From the NCBI GenBank assembly GCA_045106235.1, contig JBGCEJ010000006.1, positions 43,455 to 107,454 on the forward strand: a stretch of 64,000 nt of DNA, written 5' to 3'. The notes under the pieces are model-generated. The model saw nothing but the letters and a program-made list of their open reading frames with translations. It was not told the origin of the DNA and did no database searches. Source of the DNA: Myxococcota bacterium. Its GTDB lineage: Bacteria; Myxococcota_A; UBA9160; UBA4427. Positions 36,061 through 45,103 of this stretch are shown here, piece by piece (positions within the stretch are counted from its first letter, which is position 1; the number at the start of each line of letters is the position of its first letter). A program made the position numbers and the translations under genes.

Positions 36061-37209
36061 CTAGCGATCCGCGACCAGCTCCACCTGCGCATTCATGCGG
36101 CCGAGTGCGCTCCGGATGTCCCGAACGATCCAGGCCACCCAGCCGACAGAGGCGAGGCCCACAAGCGCGGTCGGCAAGAAGGCGAGGGCGGCTGCCCAGA
36201 ACGCGAGGAACACAAGCCAGCGCAGGCCGGCGGTCGCGAAGCGCGACGGAGTCGACTTCACTCCCGGCGAATAGACAAACGACTTCACGCCGAGGAACCA
36301 TCCATTGGCGATCAGCGCGCCGAGGAATATGAATCGCGGCGGAGGCGCCTGATCGATCTCGGGGTCGTCGTCGTGCATAGCATCGCCGGCGGCGTCACCG
36401 GCTGCGAGTGATCTCTCGATGGCTTCCCATGCGTGGTTGGGGGTGGGGCGCGCAAGCGTGCCCTGCATGTTTTCGTCCGAGGGGACAGAGCGCCATCGGT
36501 AGAGCACGTGGCTTGCGCTCGTGAGCGCCAGTACGCCCGGCTGGAAGAAGCCCTTCGGATGCTCGAGCGTCCAGTCCGCCCCGCGCTGCAGAAACGCGAG
36601 GTCGCCCCGGTTCGCATAGAGGGTCAGCCAACCGCGCTCGCTGCAGGTTCTCGAGATCTCCTGATGCGGGTCACCGACGTTTTCGAATTCGAGCGCCCAC
36701 TCTTCGTGGGCCCGATCGGCGAGATGCTGCGGCTCGCTGGTGATGGCGAAAACCTCGCCCCCCGCGGCACGGATTTTCTCGACGACGCCCTCGTGCATGT
36801 AACTCCGTAACTCGGAGCGGCAGGGAGGTCACCAGAAGCCTCGATAGAACAGCAGCACGACGAAGGCATGCTTCGCGAGCTTTTCGTCGAGCCAGCGAAG
36901 GCGCGGCCCGGGCGGCGGGTCCAGCTCCGCTTGGATTTTTGCGCCGTCCGCGGTCGGGGCCGAATCGACGAACGCGACGTCCCATGCCTCGGCCGTACCG
37001 CCGACTCGAAACGAGCGCTGTTCGCAGCGATCTCCGCCGCAGAGGATGAGCCGCAACTCGTCGGACCCGCCCAGCGCTTTGTCTGCGTCGAGGATGCCTG
37101 TGACCTTGAACTCATCTTCGGCGGCGTCAGCGGACGCGTTGAACCAGGCGAGGGCGGCGTCGACGCGCGGCCTCAAAGCTTCGGGAATCGTCTCGCTGAC
37201 TTGCGGCAT
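36061..37209 (-). CDS. Candidate selenoprotein: membrane-anchored AhpC/TSA (redoxin)-like protein with UxxC motif (in-frame TGA at 36829-36831)
   Basis: ORFs 36829-37209 and 36061-36798 share one frame. Read-through gives VVLLFYRGFW-U-PPCRSELRSY-MHEGVVEKIRAAGGEVFAITSE. AAGGAG RBS before ATG 37209. 2-3 TM helices at the C-terminus. Confidence 0.6.
36803..36817 (-). promoter_or_regulatory. Putative bacterial SECIS hairpin
   Basis: On the mRNA, UGA is followed by 11 nt, then CUCCG-AGUUA-CGGAG, with G at the second apical-loop position. A CCCU/AGGG lower stem is possible. Confidence 0.4.
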
Positions 37210-37387
37210 GACCGTCTCCTTCCGGGGCGCTTGCGGCGCTCGAACCGAGCGCGACGTGAACTACGCGACCTGCGGCATCGATCAGAGCGTATCCCACATT
37301 TCGACATTGCTCCTGCCAGTAGACAGCGCGGGAGGGCAGGCAAGAACCCACTGGCCTGAGCCCCAGGCCCAAGGCATTCTTCGCGGC

Positions 37388-38662
37388 GTGGTCATCGAAC
37401 TCGACGAACAGACTCCGCTCGAGGCGGCAGAGACACTTCTTGGCGAGGCACTCGCGCAATCAAACACGCTCCATCTATCCGGAGCGCGTGCACTTCTTCG
37501 CGAGCGGCTCGCTTGTGTACTCGCGCTCACCGCAGTCGACCGAATCCCCGGTCTAGACGCCGCGCAACTCGCGCAGCTGCACAGCCTGCGCGTCCATGCA
37601 CAGTCAGCCTGGGCGCAAGATGCGCGCCACGGCGCACGCGCACTCTCGCGCAGTGCACAACGTGCCCCGACACGGCGCGACTGCGACGAAGGTTGGGAAA
37701 ACGTGGGGCGCATCGTCTCGGGCGCCGAAGTGGCTGCCGCGGAGGCGGTCCGGCTCGCGTCCTTGACCGACGAACCCAGCGTCCAGAACGCAGCGGATCT
37801 AGCCGAGGCCGCCGCGAAGGAAGCCCGAGGCATCGTCGAAAATCGGAACCATGCCTACACCTTCCATGCGGACCCCAGCTTTTCCTTCGGCGAAGGTTGG
37901 TACGTCGCGGCCGCGGCGCTTCTCACGGACATCGAGATCCAAATCGAACCCGACCAGGTCCAGAGCGACGCGGCCGAGCGCTTTCTTAGCGACGCCGGGC
38001 TCGGTGCGCGGCTCGTTCCCTATCGGTCGCGGCCGCGCGCGAACAAGGCTTTGCCGGCGATCATCGCCGATGCCTTCGGGAGGGATGCCCCGGCCGCCCA
38101 AAGGTGCTTGCGGCGAGCCTTCCTCGGCGAAGCGCCGCTTCCCGAAGTCGCGGAGTGGCTGGATGAAGCGTTCCGCGAGGCCTCGCCGGCGGCGGGCAAG
38201 GTCCTGATCTGGGTGCGAAAGGCCGTGCACGATGCGGAGCGCAATACCGCGGAGCGCGAGCACGCGACGATCTGCCGGTTGGCCGCGGAGCAGGGGCTCG
38301 TGCCGATCGTCTTCGGCGACGCACTGGACCAGGTACCCGCCGGCGCTGTCGACCTGACGCTCTGCTGGAAGGAGCCGCTCTTCCAAGGGGTGAATATGCG
38401 CCGGGCGCAGCTTTGGCTTTTTGAGGGGCTCGCGCGCGACCACGGTCTGGTCGGACAGGTCGGCGTCACTTCGGCGGGGATGGATGGGCCCGCGCTGATG
38501 GGGCTGCCCACGATGTACCTCACGGAGGAGCCGAATGTGCGGCTGGGGCGCTGGGTGGGGGCCATTCCGGGATACGAAGAGATCGTCCGCTCCGAGGGCT
38601 CTTTTGACCGGATCGGAGCGAGGTTTGCCGACTGGGCCGGCGGGGCGGGCAGGGCGGACTGA
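37388..38662 (+). CDS. Hypothetical protein with GT-B/heptosyltransferase-like C-terminal half
   Basis: Long ORF. The C-terminus reads KVLIWVRK...LVPIVFGD...GVTSAGMDGPALMGLPTMYL, resembling the nucleotide-sugar-binding half of GT9 enzymes. The start is uncertain: GTG 37388 is proposed, and the 37046 start would overlap the divergent gene. Confidence 0.45.
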   Translation: MVIELDEQTPLEAAETLLGEALAQSNTLHLSGARALLRERLACVLALTAVDRIPGLDAAQLAQLHSLRVHAQSAWAQDARHGARALSRSAQRAPTRRDCDEGWENVGRIVSGAEVAAAEAVRLASLTDEPSVQNAADLAEAAAKEARGIVENRNHAYTFHADPSFSFGEGWYVAAAALLTDIEIQIEPDQVQSDAAERFLSDAGLGARLVPYRSRPRANKALPAIIADAFGRDAPAAQRCLRRAFLGEAPLPEVAEWLDEAFREASPAAGKVLIWVRKAVHDAERNTAEREHATICRLAAEQGLVPIVFGDALDQVPAGAVDLTLCWKEPLFQGVNMRRAQLWLFEGLARDHGLVGQVGVTSAGMDGPALMGLPTMYLTEEPNVRLGRWVGAIPGYEEIVRSEGSFDRIGARFADWAGGAGRAD

Positions 38663-38833
38663 GTCGGCAGGGCGTCCCCAGCAAAGACAGCGGCCCGAGC
38701 CCTGCCTTTGCAGACTATTCGCGAGAACGTTCTATGCTCCGGGGCGGGGAAAATCAGCTCCTCACTCTCTCCACTCTCCCCACTTTTCTCACTTCAAGCA
38801 ACGCATCGATGCGCACACGGTGGATCAGCCTCT

Positions 38834-40021
38834 ATGACCGTCACAATCGGGACTCCCTTCAAATCTTCCGCAATCAAAGTGCTCTTGTGCGGCTCGGGTG
38901 AGCTGGGCAAGGAAGTCGTCCTTGAGCTTCAGCGCTACGGCGTGGAAGTGATTGCCGCCGACGCCTACGCCAATGCGCCGGCCATGCAGGTGGCGGATCG
39001 TTCGCATGTCTTTTCTATGCTCGATGGCGACGCGCTGCGGAAGGTGATCGAGGAAGAGAGGCCCGACTTTGTTGTGCCTGAGGTCGAGGCGATCGCGACG
39101 GACACGCTCGCCGAGCTGGAAAAGGAGGGCGTGGCCACGATCATTCCGACGGCCCGAGCGACGCAGCTGACGATGAACCGCGAGGGGATCCGTCGTCTCG
39201 CCGCGGAGGAGCTGGGGCTCACGACTTCGCCCTTTCAATTCGCCGAGACCGAAGACGAGTTCAACGCTGCGATCGCCGAGATCGGTCTGCCCTGCGTGGT
39301 CAAGCCGATCATGAGCTCGTCGGGGAAGGGCCAGAGCACGGTCCGGACCGAGGACGAGATCAAAGCCGCCTGGGATTATTCTCAAGCCGGCGGCCGAACA
39401 GGCAAAGGCAAAGTGATCATCGAAGGGTTCGTCGACTTCGACTACGAAATCACGCTGCTCACGGTTCGCCACGTGGACGGCACGTCCTACTGCCAGCCGA
39501 TCGGCCATATTCAGGTCGACGGCGACTACCGCGAATCCTGGCAGCCCCAGCCCATGTCGGACCAAGCGCTCGCGACCGCACAGGAATACGCCAAGAAGGT
39601 CACCGACTCGCTCGGCGGGCGAGGGATCTTCGGCGTCGAACTCTTTATCAAGGGCGACGAAGTGATCTTCAGCGAGGTCTCCCCGCGACCCCATGATACG
39701 GGGATGGTCACGATGGTTTCCCAGGACCTTTCCCAGTTCGCGCTGCACGCCCGCGCGATTCTTGGATTGCCGATCCCTAACATTGTCCAGCACGGCGCCT
39801 CGGCCTCGGCGGTGATTCTCGTCGAGGGGGAATCGGATAATGTGAGTTTCGGCAATCTCGGCGAGGCGCTCAGTCAGCCGAACACCCAGCTTCGCTTGTT
39901 TGGGAAGCCTGCTGTCGCGGGCCGACGCCGGATGGGCGTTGCGCTTGCTCGTGCTGAGTCCATCGATGGCGCTCGCGAGAAGGCGCGGCGGGCGAGCGCT
40001 GCGGTGGATGTGAAGCTTTAG
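38834..40021 (+). CDS. purT: Formate-dependent phosphoribosylglycinamide formyltransferase (GAR transformylase 2)
   Basis: [14 protein letters not shown]..., the ATP-grasp core and the PurT-specific C-terminus [11 protein letters not shown] 38834. Confidence 0.93.
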   Translation: MTVTIGTPFKSSAIKVLLCGSGELGKEVVLELQRYGVEVIAADAYANAPAMQVADRSHVFSMLDGDALRKVIEEERPDFVVPEVEAIATDTLAELEKEGVATIIPTARATQLTMNREGIRRLAAEELGLTTSPFQFAETEDEFNAAIAEIGLPCVVKPIMSSSGKGQSTVRTEDEIKAAWDYSQAGGRTGKGKVIIEGFVDFDYEITLLTVRHVDGTSYCQPIGHIQVDGDYRESWQPQPMSDQALATAQEYAKKVTDSLGGRGIFGVELFIKGDEVIFSEVSPRPHDTGMVTMVSQDLSQFALHARAILGLPIPNIVQHGASASAVILVEGESDNVSFGNLGEALSQPNTQLRLFGKPAVAGRRRMGVALARAESIDGAREKARRASAAVDVKL

Positions 40022-40079
40022 TCTTCGCCTGCGCGGGGCCGACGCTATCGGGTGTGGATGACTTTTGTTGGAGCTAAAC

Positions 40080-40910
40080 GTGTTTGAGACAATTTTGGTC
40101 GAGACTTCCGGCAAAATTCTCACGATCACGTTGAACCGGCCGGAAAAGTTGAATGCACTCACGCCCACGCTGCTCGCGGAAGTGAAAAGCGAGCTCGACG
40201 CTGCGGCGGAAAGTGATGATGTTTCGGTCGTCATCATTCGGTCTGCGGGGCGAGCTTTCTCGGTCGGCTACGACTTGAATGAGGAAGACTGGATCACCTC
40301 TCAATATCCCGCGAATTACCCCGACGGCGTCGACCGAGAGCAAGATGAGAAAGATATTGGGGCGCTGCTCGACTATTGGCTTGCGATGTGGCGGTTTCCG
40401 AAACCCATCATTTGCCAGGTTCAGGGTGCTTGCCTCTCAGGCGCGGGGGAATTGTTGGCGGTTTCTGATCTCGTCGTGGCAAGCGAAGACGCCAGCTTCG
40501 GACATCCTGCCGGAAGGGACTTGGGGATTCCGCCAACGGTGTTTTTCTGGCCGCTTACGATGGGGATGCGCAAGACAAAGGAGATGCTCTATTCCGCTCG
40601 GAGCATGAGCGCAGAGGAGGCCGAACGCCTCGGCGTGATCAACAAGGTTGTTCCCGCTGAAGATCTGGAAAAAGAGACCCGTTCGCTGGCCGAAGAGATT
40701 GCGAAAACTCCTGCAAAACATCTGATGGTTCTGAAGCAGGCGACGAACAATTTCTACGAAAATATGGGCGTCGAGAAGTCGACACGTCAGGCTTCAGACC
40801 TGGACGCCGAATTCCACCAAAGTCCGGTTTTCCTGGCGTTCTTCAAGCTGGTTCGCGACAAGGGAATGAAGGCCGCGCTCGCAGAGCGAAAGCGGTTGTT
40901 TGGCCCCTGA
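40080..40910 (+). CDS. Enoyl-CoA hydratase/isomerase (crotonase) family protein
   Basis: LTITLNRPEKLNAL...IIRSAGRAFSVGYDL...CLSGAGELL. The start is GTG 40080 or TTG 40065. Confidence 0.85.
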   Translation: MFETILVETSGKILTITLNRPEKLNALTPTLLAEVKSELDAAAESDDVSVVIIRSAGRAFSVGYDLNEEDWITSQYPANYPDGVDREQDEKDIGALLDYWLAMWRFPKPIICQVQGACLSGAGELLAVSDLVVASEDASFGHPAGRDLGIPPTVFFWPLTMGMRKTKEMLYSARSMSAEEAERLGVINKVVPAEDLEKETRSLAEEIAKTPAKHLMVLKQATNNFYENMGVEKSTRQASDLDAEFHQSPVFLAFFKLVRDKGMKAALAERKRLFGP

Positions 40911-40999
40911 GCAAGGAAGTCCTTACTCCAGCAGGTCCTCCACCTGCGAGCGATTGCCAATCGCCCGGTGACTAACGCGCCTGCTCTGATCCGGAGTTT

Positions 41000-41980
41000 C
41001 TAGGGACAGGTCGTTGTCCCGTTGCAGGAATTGCCGAGCATGTTGACGCCGCCGGACACGGTTCCGGCCGTGTTTCCGGAGATCATATTGTTGCGGTAGG
41101 AGACGTCGCTAGGGACGAGTAATAACCCATAGCCTCCATTGGAGGAGACTGTGTTGCCATAGATGTAGCTGTCCGCGCCGGCGATCACTCCGTGGCTGGC
41201 ATTGTCTCGGATCGTGTTATCGGAGACGGAGGATCCGGACGTTACGCTGATTCCAGAAGTTCCGTTTCGAAAGACATTGTTCGCGGATACGGTTGATCCA
41301 ATGCCAGCGTTGATTCCCTGGTCACCGTTCGATTTGACTGCATTGCGGATGACGATCGAGCCGCTGCCTGCAGAGATTCCGGTGAGGCCGTTCCCGGACA
41401 CGCTATTTTCAGAAATCACGCTCTTAGGCGAAATGATTCCGAATTCGGAATTCAGCGATACGAGACATTTCTCGACCATCGAATCTACTCCGGTGGAGAG
41501 GCCATCCAAGCCGTTCGAGGAGAGGTGCATCCGGGCCACTTCGGAGTGGTTTGCGAGGTCCAACCCGCGTGCGCCCATCCCGATCACGCGTCCGTTCTTG
41601 ATCGAAACGCGGGCATTGTCAAAGCCGGTCTTTCCAATTCCGAATCCGGTACCGGCGACCGGGATGCAGAGGGAGTTATTTTCGCAGCCCGAGCGGATGA
41701 TTCCGAAATTGTTGAGATCGATCGACACGTCACTTGCGTTGTAGATGATTCCCGAAGTGTTCTCATTCGGGATAATCAAGTTGCTGGTCAATCGATAGCT
41801 GCCGGGACCTGGGAGGGTCACGGGAAACCCCGCAGTATCGCTAGGAAAACAACCCGTCATCACCGCGCATGTCTGATTGATCTCGGAGGCGCCGTCTGTT
41901 GCGGACGCCTCGGATGGGGTAAAAGTGAAAAATAGGGTTAGGGCGAAAGGTGCAAGCGTCATTGCAGGCAGCCGGATCAT
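41000..41980 (-). CDS. Secreted right-handed parallel beta-helix repeat protein, paralog 2
   Basis: Signal peptide, EINQTCAVMTGCFPSDTAGFPV head, beta-helix repeats, and C-terminal SCNGTTTCP. Confidence 0.8.
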   Translation of the reverse strand: MIRLPAMTLAPFALTLFFTFTPSEASATDGASEINQTCAVMTGCFPSDTAGFPVTLPGPGSYRLTSNLIIPNENTSGIIYNASDVSIDLNNFGIIRSGCENNSLCIPVAGTGFGIGKTGFDNARVSIKNGRVIGMGARGLDLANHSEVARMHLSSNGLDGLSTGVDSMVEKCLVSLNSEFGIISPKSVISENSVSGNGLTGISAGSGSIVIRNAVKSNGDQGINAGIGSTVSANNVFRNGTSGISVTSGSSVSDNTIRDNASHGVIAGADSYIYGNTVSSNGGYGLLLVPSDVSYRNNMISGNTAGTVSGGVNMLGNSCNGTTTCP

Positions 41981-42149
41981 GGGAATCTCCTCGGACTTGT
42001 TTCAGCGCCAGCAGTAGCAGGCGCGCCTCTTTGTTATCCGTCAAAACCGGCTTCTCGTCTGTCCCCTGTGGAGGGGATAGCGGGAGTCGGCTCGGCCGGA
42101 TTAAATTGGGCATGCGCAAGAAGGCCTAGGCCTAGGCGTTGGTGGCTGT

Positions 42150-43088
42150 CTAGTCTTTGAGGGCGAAGCGCAGAGCGGCGAGCGCTCCTGCTCCGATTGC
42201 GAGGCTGATCGCCAGCGACGGTTCCGGCACGGTGATCGGCCCGGTCGACACGACGAAATCGTCGAAAAAGATGAACTCGTCTTTCGTGGGGGCCCAGTTC
42301 GCGCTGCCGCCGCCGAAGAACGTACTGAAGAGCAGCTGATCCACGCCGAGGGTCGCGACATCGCGAAAGCGCAGTCCGTCCATGTCGAGCACCAACTCTC
42401 CGTCGAGCCAAGCCTGAATCGCGCCGTCGTATTGGCCGGGGGTGTTCATGATGATTCGGTGTTGAAATGAATACCAGCGGTCCGCCTCGAATTCCGCCCA
42501 GCTCCCATCCGCCGTGTCATCCCATCGGATATTGTGGCCGAAGGTGCCCGGCTGGTCGGGGTGGTAGACGTATTGGATCGCATTGGCGCGGTCGCCGGGG
42601 GCAGGGCCGTACGTCACCCACATCATCCGAGCACTCCACCCGTCCGTTCCGTTCGGCGTGTTCCCTCCGGTGTTCCCCGCACCACCCGCCAGGCCGGGCA
42701 GCTTTCCGCCTAACACGAAGTCGAAGTCCGCGCCGAATCGGATGCGGTAGCTGAGGTACAGCTCGTCGTGCGACTGGCCGAGGTTCATCCGCCATTCAGC
42801 GCCGCCGCCCGAAGGACCGACGGCGCCCACGCTGCCCTTCGGATACAGGAGGCGAAGTGAGCGTCCTCCATTGAATGCCGCATCGCCGCTCACAATGGTG
42901 GCGCGTCCTTCCTCAATCCCGGTCTCTCCCGGCGCGCCGCTCCAGTCCGCGCTCCAATTAGAGACGGTGTAAGGACCGACCGCGTCGTCCTCGAAATCGT
43001 TGGCGAAGATTGCAGTCTGTCCAACAGCCGCAGATGCGATCAGCAGACTGGCCATCAGGGATAGGCTCATGATCTTGAATCCGGTCAT
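42150..43088 (-). CDS. Polysaccharide-lyase-like (PF14099-type jelly roll) protein with PEP-CTERM anchor
   Basis: GGKLPGLAGG...GWSARMMW pattern. C-terminus TVPEPSLAISLAIGAGALAALRF. Confidence 0.75.
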   Translation of the reverse strand: MTGFKIMSLSLMASLLIASAAVGQTAIFANDFEDDAVGPYTVSNWSADWSGAPGETGIEEGRATIVSGDAAFNGGRSLRLLYPKGSVGAVGPSGGGAEWRMNLGQSHDELYLSYRIRFGADFDFVLGGKLPGLAGGAGNTGGNTPNGTDGWSARMMWVTYGPAPGDRANAIQYVYHPDQPGTFGHNIRWDDTADGSWAEFEADRWYSFQHRIIMNTPGQYDGAIQAWLDGELVLDMDGLRFRDVATLGVDQLLFSTFFGGGSANWAPTKDEFIFFDDFVVSTGPITVPEPSLAISLAIGAGALAALRFALKD

Positions 43089-43229
43089 CTTCGAATGCCT
43101 CCTTATTGCGAAACCGCGAAGCGCAAAGCGAGAAGGAGGAGTTTTAGAGTCTTTGGTATCGGGTCTCGGTGACGAAGCCCACCTTGGACGGGCTTTTCAA
43201 ACCACAGCTCTGCTGCGAACATCGCTTCG

Positions 43230-43928
43230 ATGAATTCTCTTTCCTCCGCTGAACTTGAAGCACGCAGCCTCTATCGAAAGGGCGGGCTGTGGGTGCTGAA
43301 CAAGCCCTACGATCTGCCGACTTCCGGACGGAGCCTCGCGGATCCCGACTGTCTGCAGGCTCAGCTGATCGAGCAGCACGGCGACATGGTCTGGGCGGTT
43401 CACCAACTAGATGCGGACACGACCGGACTCAATCTCTTTGTGACGGAGAAGCGCCTCGTTCATGTGTTCAAACAGCGCATGACCTGGCCGCTGTGCGTGA
43501 AGACCTACCTAGCGGTCTTGCACGGCATTCCGGACCGCGATGAGATTCACCAAGAAGCCCCGATCGGAGATCACCCAGAAGACGCGCGTCGGGGGCTCGG
43601 CGTGAATCCAAACGGACGTTCGGCTTCCACACATTTCGAGATCGTGGACCGGGGCAAAGATGTCTGCCTTGCGCGGGTTCGCATCGAGACCGGGCGCACG
43701 CATCAGATCCGTATTCACGCAGCGGACATGGGGCATCCACTGGTGGGGGAGGAGTGGTATCGCGAACCGGCTTGCAGCTTGCATCCGCGGCAGGCTCTGC
43801 ACGCACATTGCCTGAGCTTCCGTGATGGGCGTGATGAGGATGAGCCTCGAGAGTTTGAGGCGCCGATTCCGGAAGATCTGCTCGACTTGTGTGACGGTCT
43901 GGGCCTCGACCTTTCGCTCTTGGCGTAG
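43230..43928 (+). CDS. RluA-family pseudouridine synthase
   Basis: HQLDADTTGL (catalytic Asp motif) and GRTHQIRIH. Confidence 0.9.
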   Translation: MNSLSSAELEARSLYRKGGLWVLNKPYDLPTSGRSLADPDCLQAQLIEQHGDMVWAVHQLDADTTGLNLFVTEKRLVHVFKQRMTWPLCVKTYLAVLHGIPDRDEIHQEAPIGDHPEDARRGLGVNPNGRSASTHFEIVDRGKDVCLARVRIETGRTHQIRIHAADMGHPLVGEEWYREPACSLHPRQALHAHCLSFRDGRDEDEPREFEAPIPEDLLDLCDGLGLDLSLLA

Positions 43929-43938
43929 GGGCTGGCGG

Positions 43939-44937
43939 TCAGCGAGCGGTCCGGGCCTCTCTCCAGCCGACCGCAGCGCCGCCCAGCGTCAGAAGCAGCG
44001 TAAGTAATAGGATCCACTCTCCCTTCCCGCCGGTCGGTACCGATGGCGAGGGGATACAATTGGTCGCGCCTTCAGCAGACGTCGTGCCCGCCGGGCAGCT
44101 GAGGCATTCATCCGCGCCTGAGCCACTGCTGAATGTGCCCGCTGGACAGATCACGCAGCTATCGCTCCCTGACTGGCCCGCGAAGAAGCCCGGAGCGCAT
44201 TCGACGCATATGAGGCTTCCTATGTTTGCTGCGAACCTTCCGGGGGAGCATGCAGCACAGCTGTCGCTGCCCGATAGGGGCATCGAAGTACCCGAAGGAC
44301 ATAGCTCGCACTCGGTGCTGGCCGAGCTCGCCGCGAAGCTACCGGGCGCGCATTCGATGCAATTTGCGCTGCCTGAACCGGCGGAGAAGAAGCCCTCCGC
44401 ACAGTCTGTACAGCTGCCACCCGCGACGGGGTTCGCTGTCCCGGGAAGACAGCTATCGCATTCTGCGGCACCGATGGGGCTCGACGTGCCGGTTGGGCAA
44501 AGGGTACAGCTCGGGCTTCCGCTTGCTGGACTAAAACGACCCTCCGGGCACAGCTCGCAAAGACCGCCTGGATTCGGGTTCGCCTGGCCGGGGACGCATG
44601 GGGTACAGCTCTCACTTCCGCTGGTGCTTGAAAATCCCGGCGCGCAATTGATGCAGCTTGAGCTGCCCGTTGAGGATGTGAAGCTGCCCGCCTGACACGG
44701 ATTGCAACTGGTCGACGCTCCGGTCGCAGTGAAAGTTCCGGTCGGGCAAGACGTACAAGAACTCGCGTTCGTTGTGTCGCTGAAAGTGCCTGGCGCGCAA
44801 GCCAGGCAGCTAGAGAGGAATACGAAAGTCCCGGGCGGGCAGGATTGGGCGAAGGCAGGCCCTGCGGTGAGAAGAGTTGCAACGAGGCTGACCGACAGGA
44901 CAAGGGATCGGGAACGTGTGGGAAATGTAATCTGCAT
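43939..44937 (-). CDS. Cys-rich tandem-repeat surface protein (ephrin-receptor-like / GCC2_GCC3-type CxxC repeats) with C-terminal TM anchor
   Basis: Signal peptide, about 17 repeats of C-x2-C-x2-G-x-F/S-x5-7 with about 16-aa period, then VPTGGKGEWILLLTLLLTLGGAAVGWREARTAR. Confidence 0.8.
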   Translation of the reverse strand: MQITFPTRSRSLVLSVSLVATLLTAGPAFAQSCPPGTFVFLSSCLACAPGTFSDTTNASSCTSCPTGTFTATGASTSCNPCQAGSFTSSTGSSSCINCAPGFSSTSGSESCTPCVPGQANPNPGGLCELCPEGRFSPASGSPSCTLCPTGTSSPIGAAECDSCLPGTANPVAGGSCTDCAEGFFSAGSGSANCIECAPGSFAASSASTECELCPSGTSMPLSGSDSCAACSPGRFAANIGSLICVECAPGFFAGQSGSDSCVICPAGTFSSGSGADECLSCPAGTTSAEGATNCIPSPSVPTGGKGEWILLLTLLLTLGGAAVGWREARTAR

Positions 44938-45103
44938 CAGTCTTTCATTCTCTGCTAAGCGTGATCTTCAGCCGTCTTGGCTGGCCCGCTGTCGATCGAT
45001 GAAGCCCCGCGGTATGCGAAGCGATCGCTTTTCGCTTGTGGATGATCTTAGCGAGTGTTCGGGCCGACGGCGCTGCGCGTCCCTTGCGCATCGCCGACCT
45101 AGC

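Noticed and set aside
37046-37387. N-terminal 114 codons of ORF 37046-38662, and the ATG at 37208
   Set aside because: This would overlap the start region of the divergent redoxin gene, placing ATG/CAT on the same bases. The composition is Ser/Ala-rich noise. A downstream GTG is more plausible but unproven.
38663-38833. Possible purine/ZTP-type riboswitch or terminator in the purT leader (hairpin GGCAGGGC...GCCCTGCC at 38666-38708)
   Set aside because: I could not find the conserved pfl/ZTP core sequences. The hairpin has a 23-nt loop and only a TTT tail, so neither a riboswitch nor a confident terminator can be claimed.
38825-40237. 470-aa antisense ORF opposite purT
   Set aside because: It is Arg/Gly/Pro-rich with low complexity. 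It lies entirely within a gene with unmistakable PurT motifs and is a typical high-GC antisense overprint.
44060-44903. 211-aa plus-strand and 227-aa minus-strand alternative ORFs inside the Cys-repeat gene
   Set aside because: They are generated by the 48-nt periodicity of the repeat. Only the annotated frame has a signal peptide, regular CxxC spacing and a TM tail.
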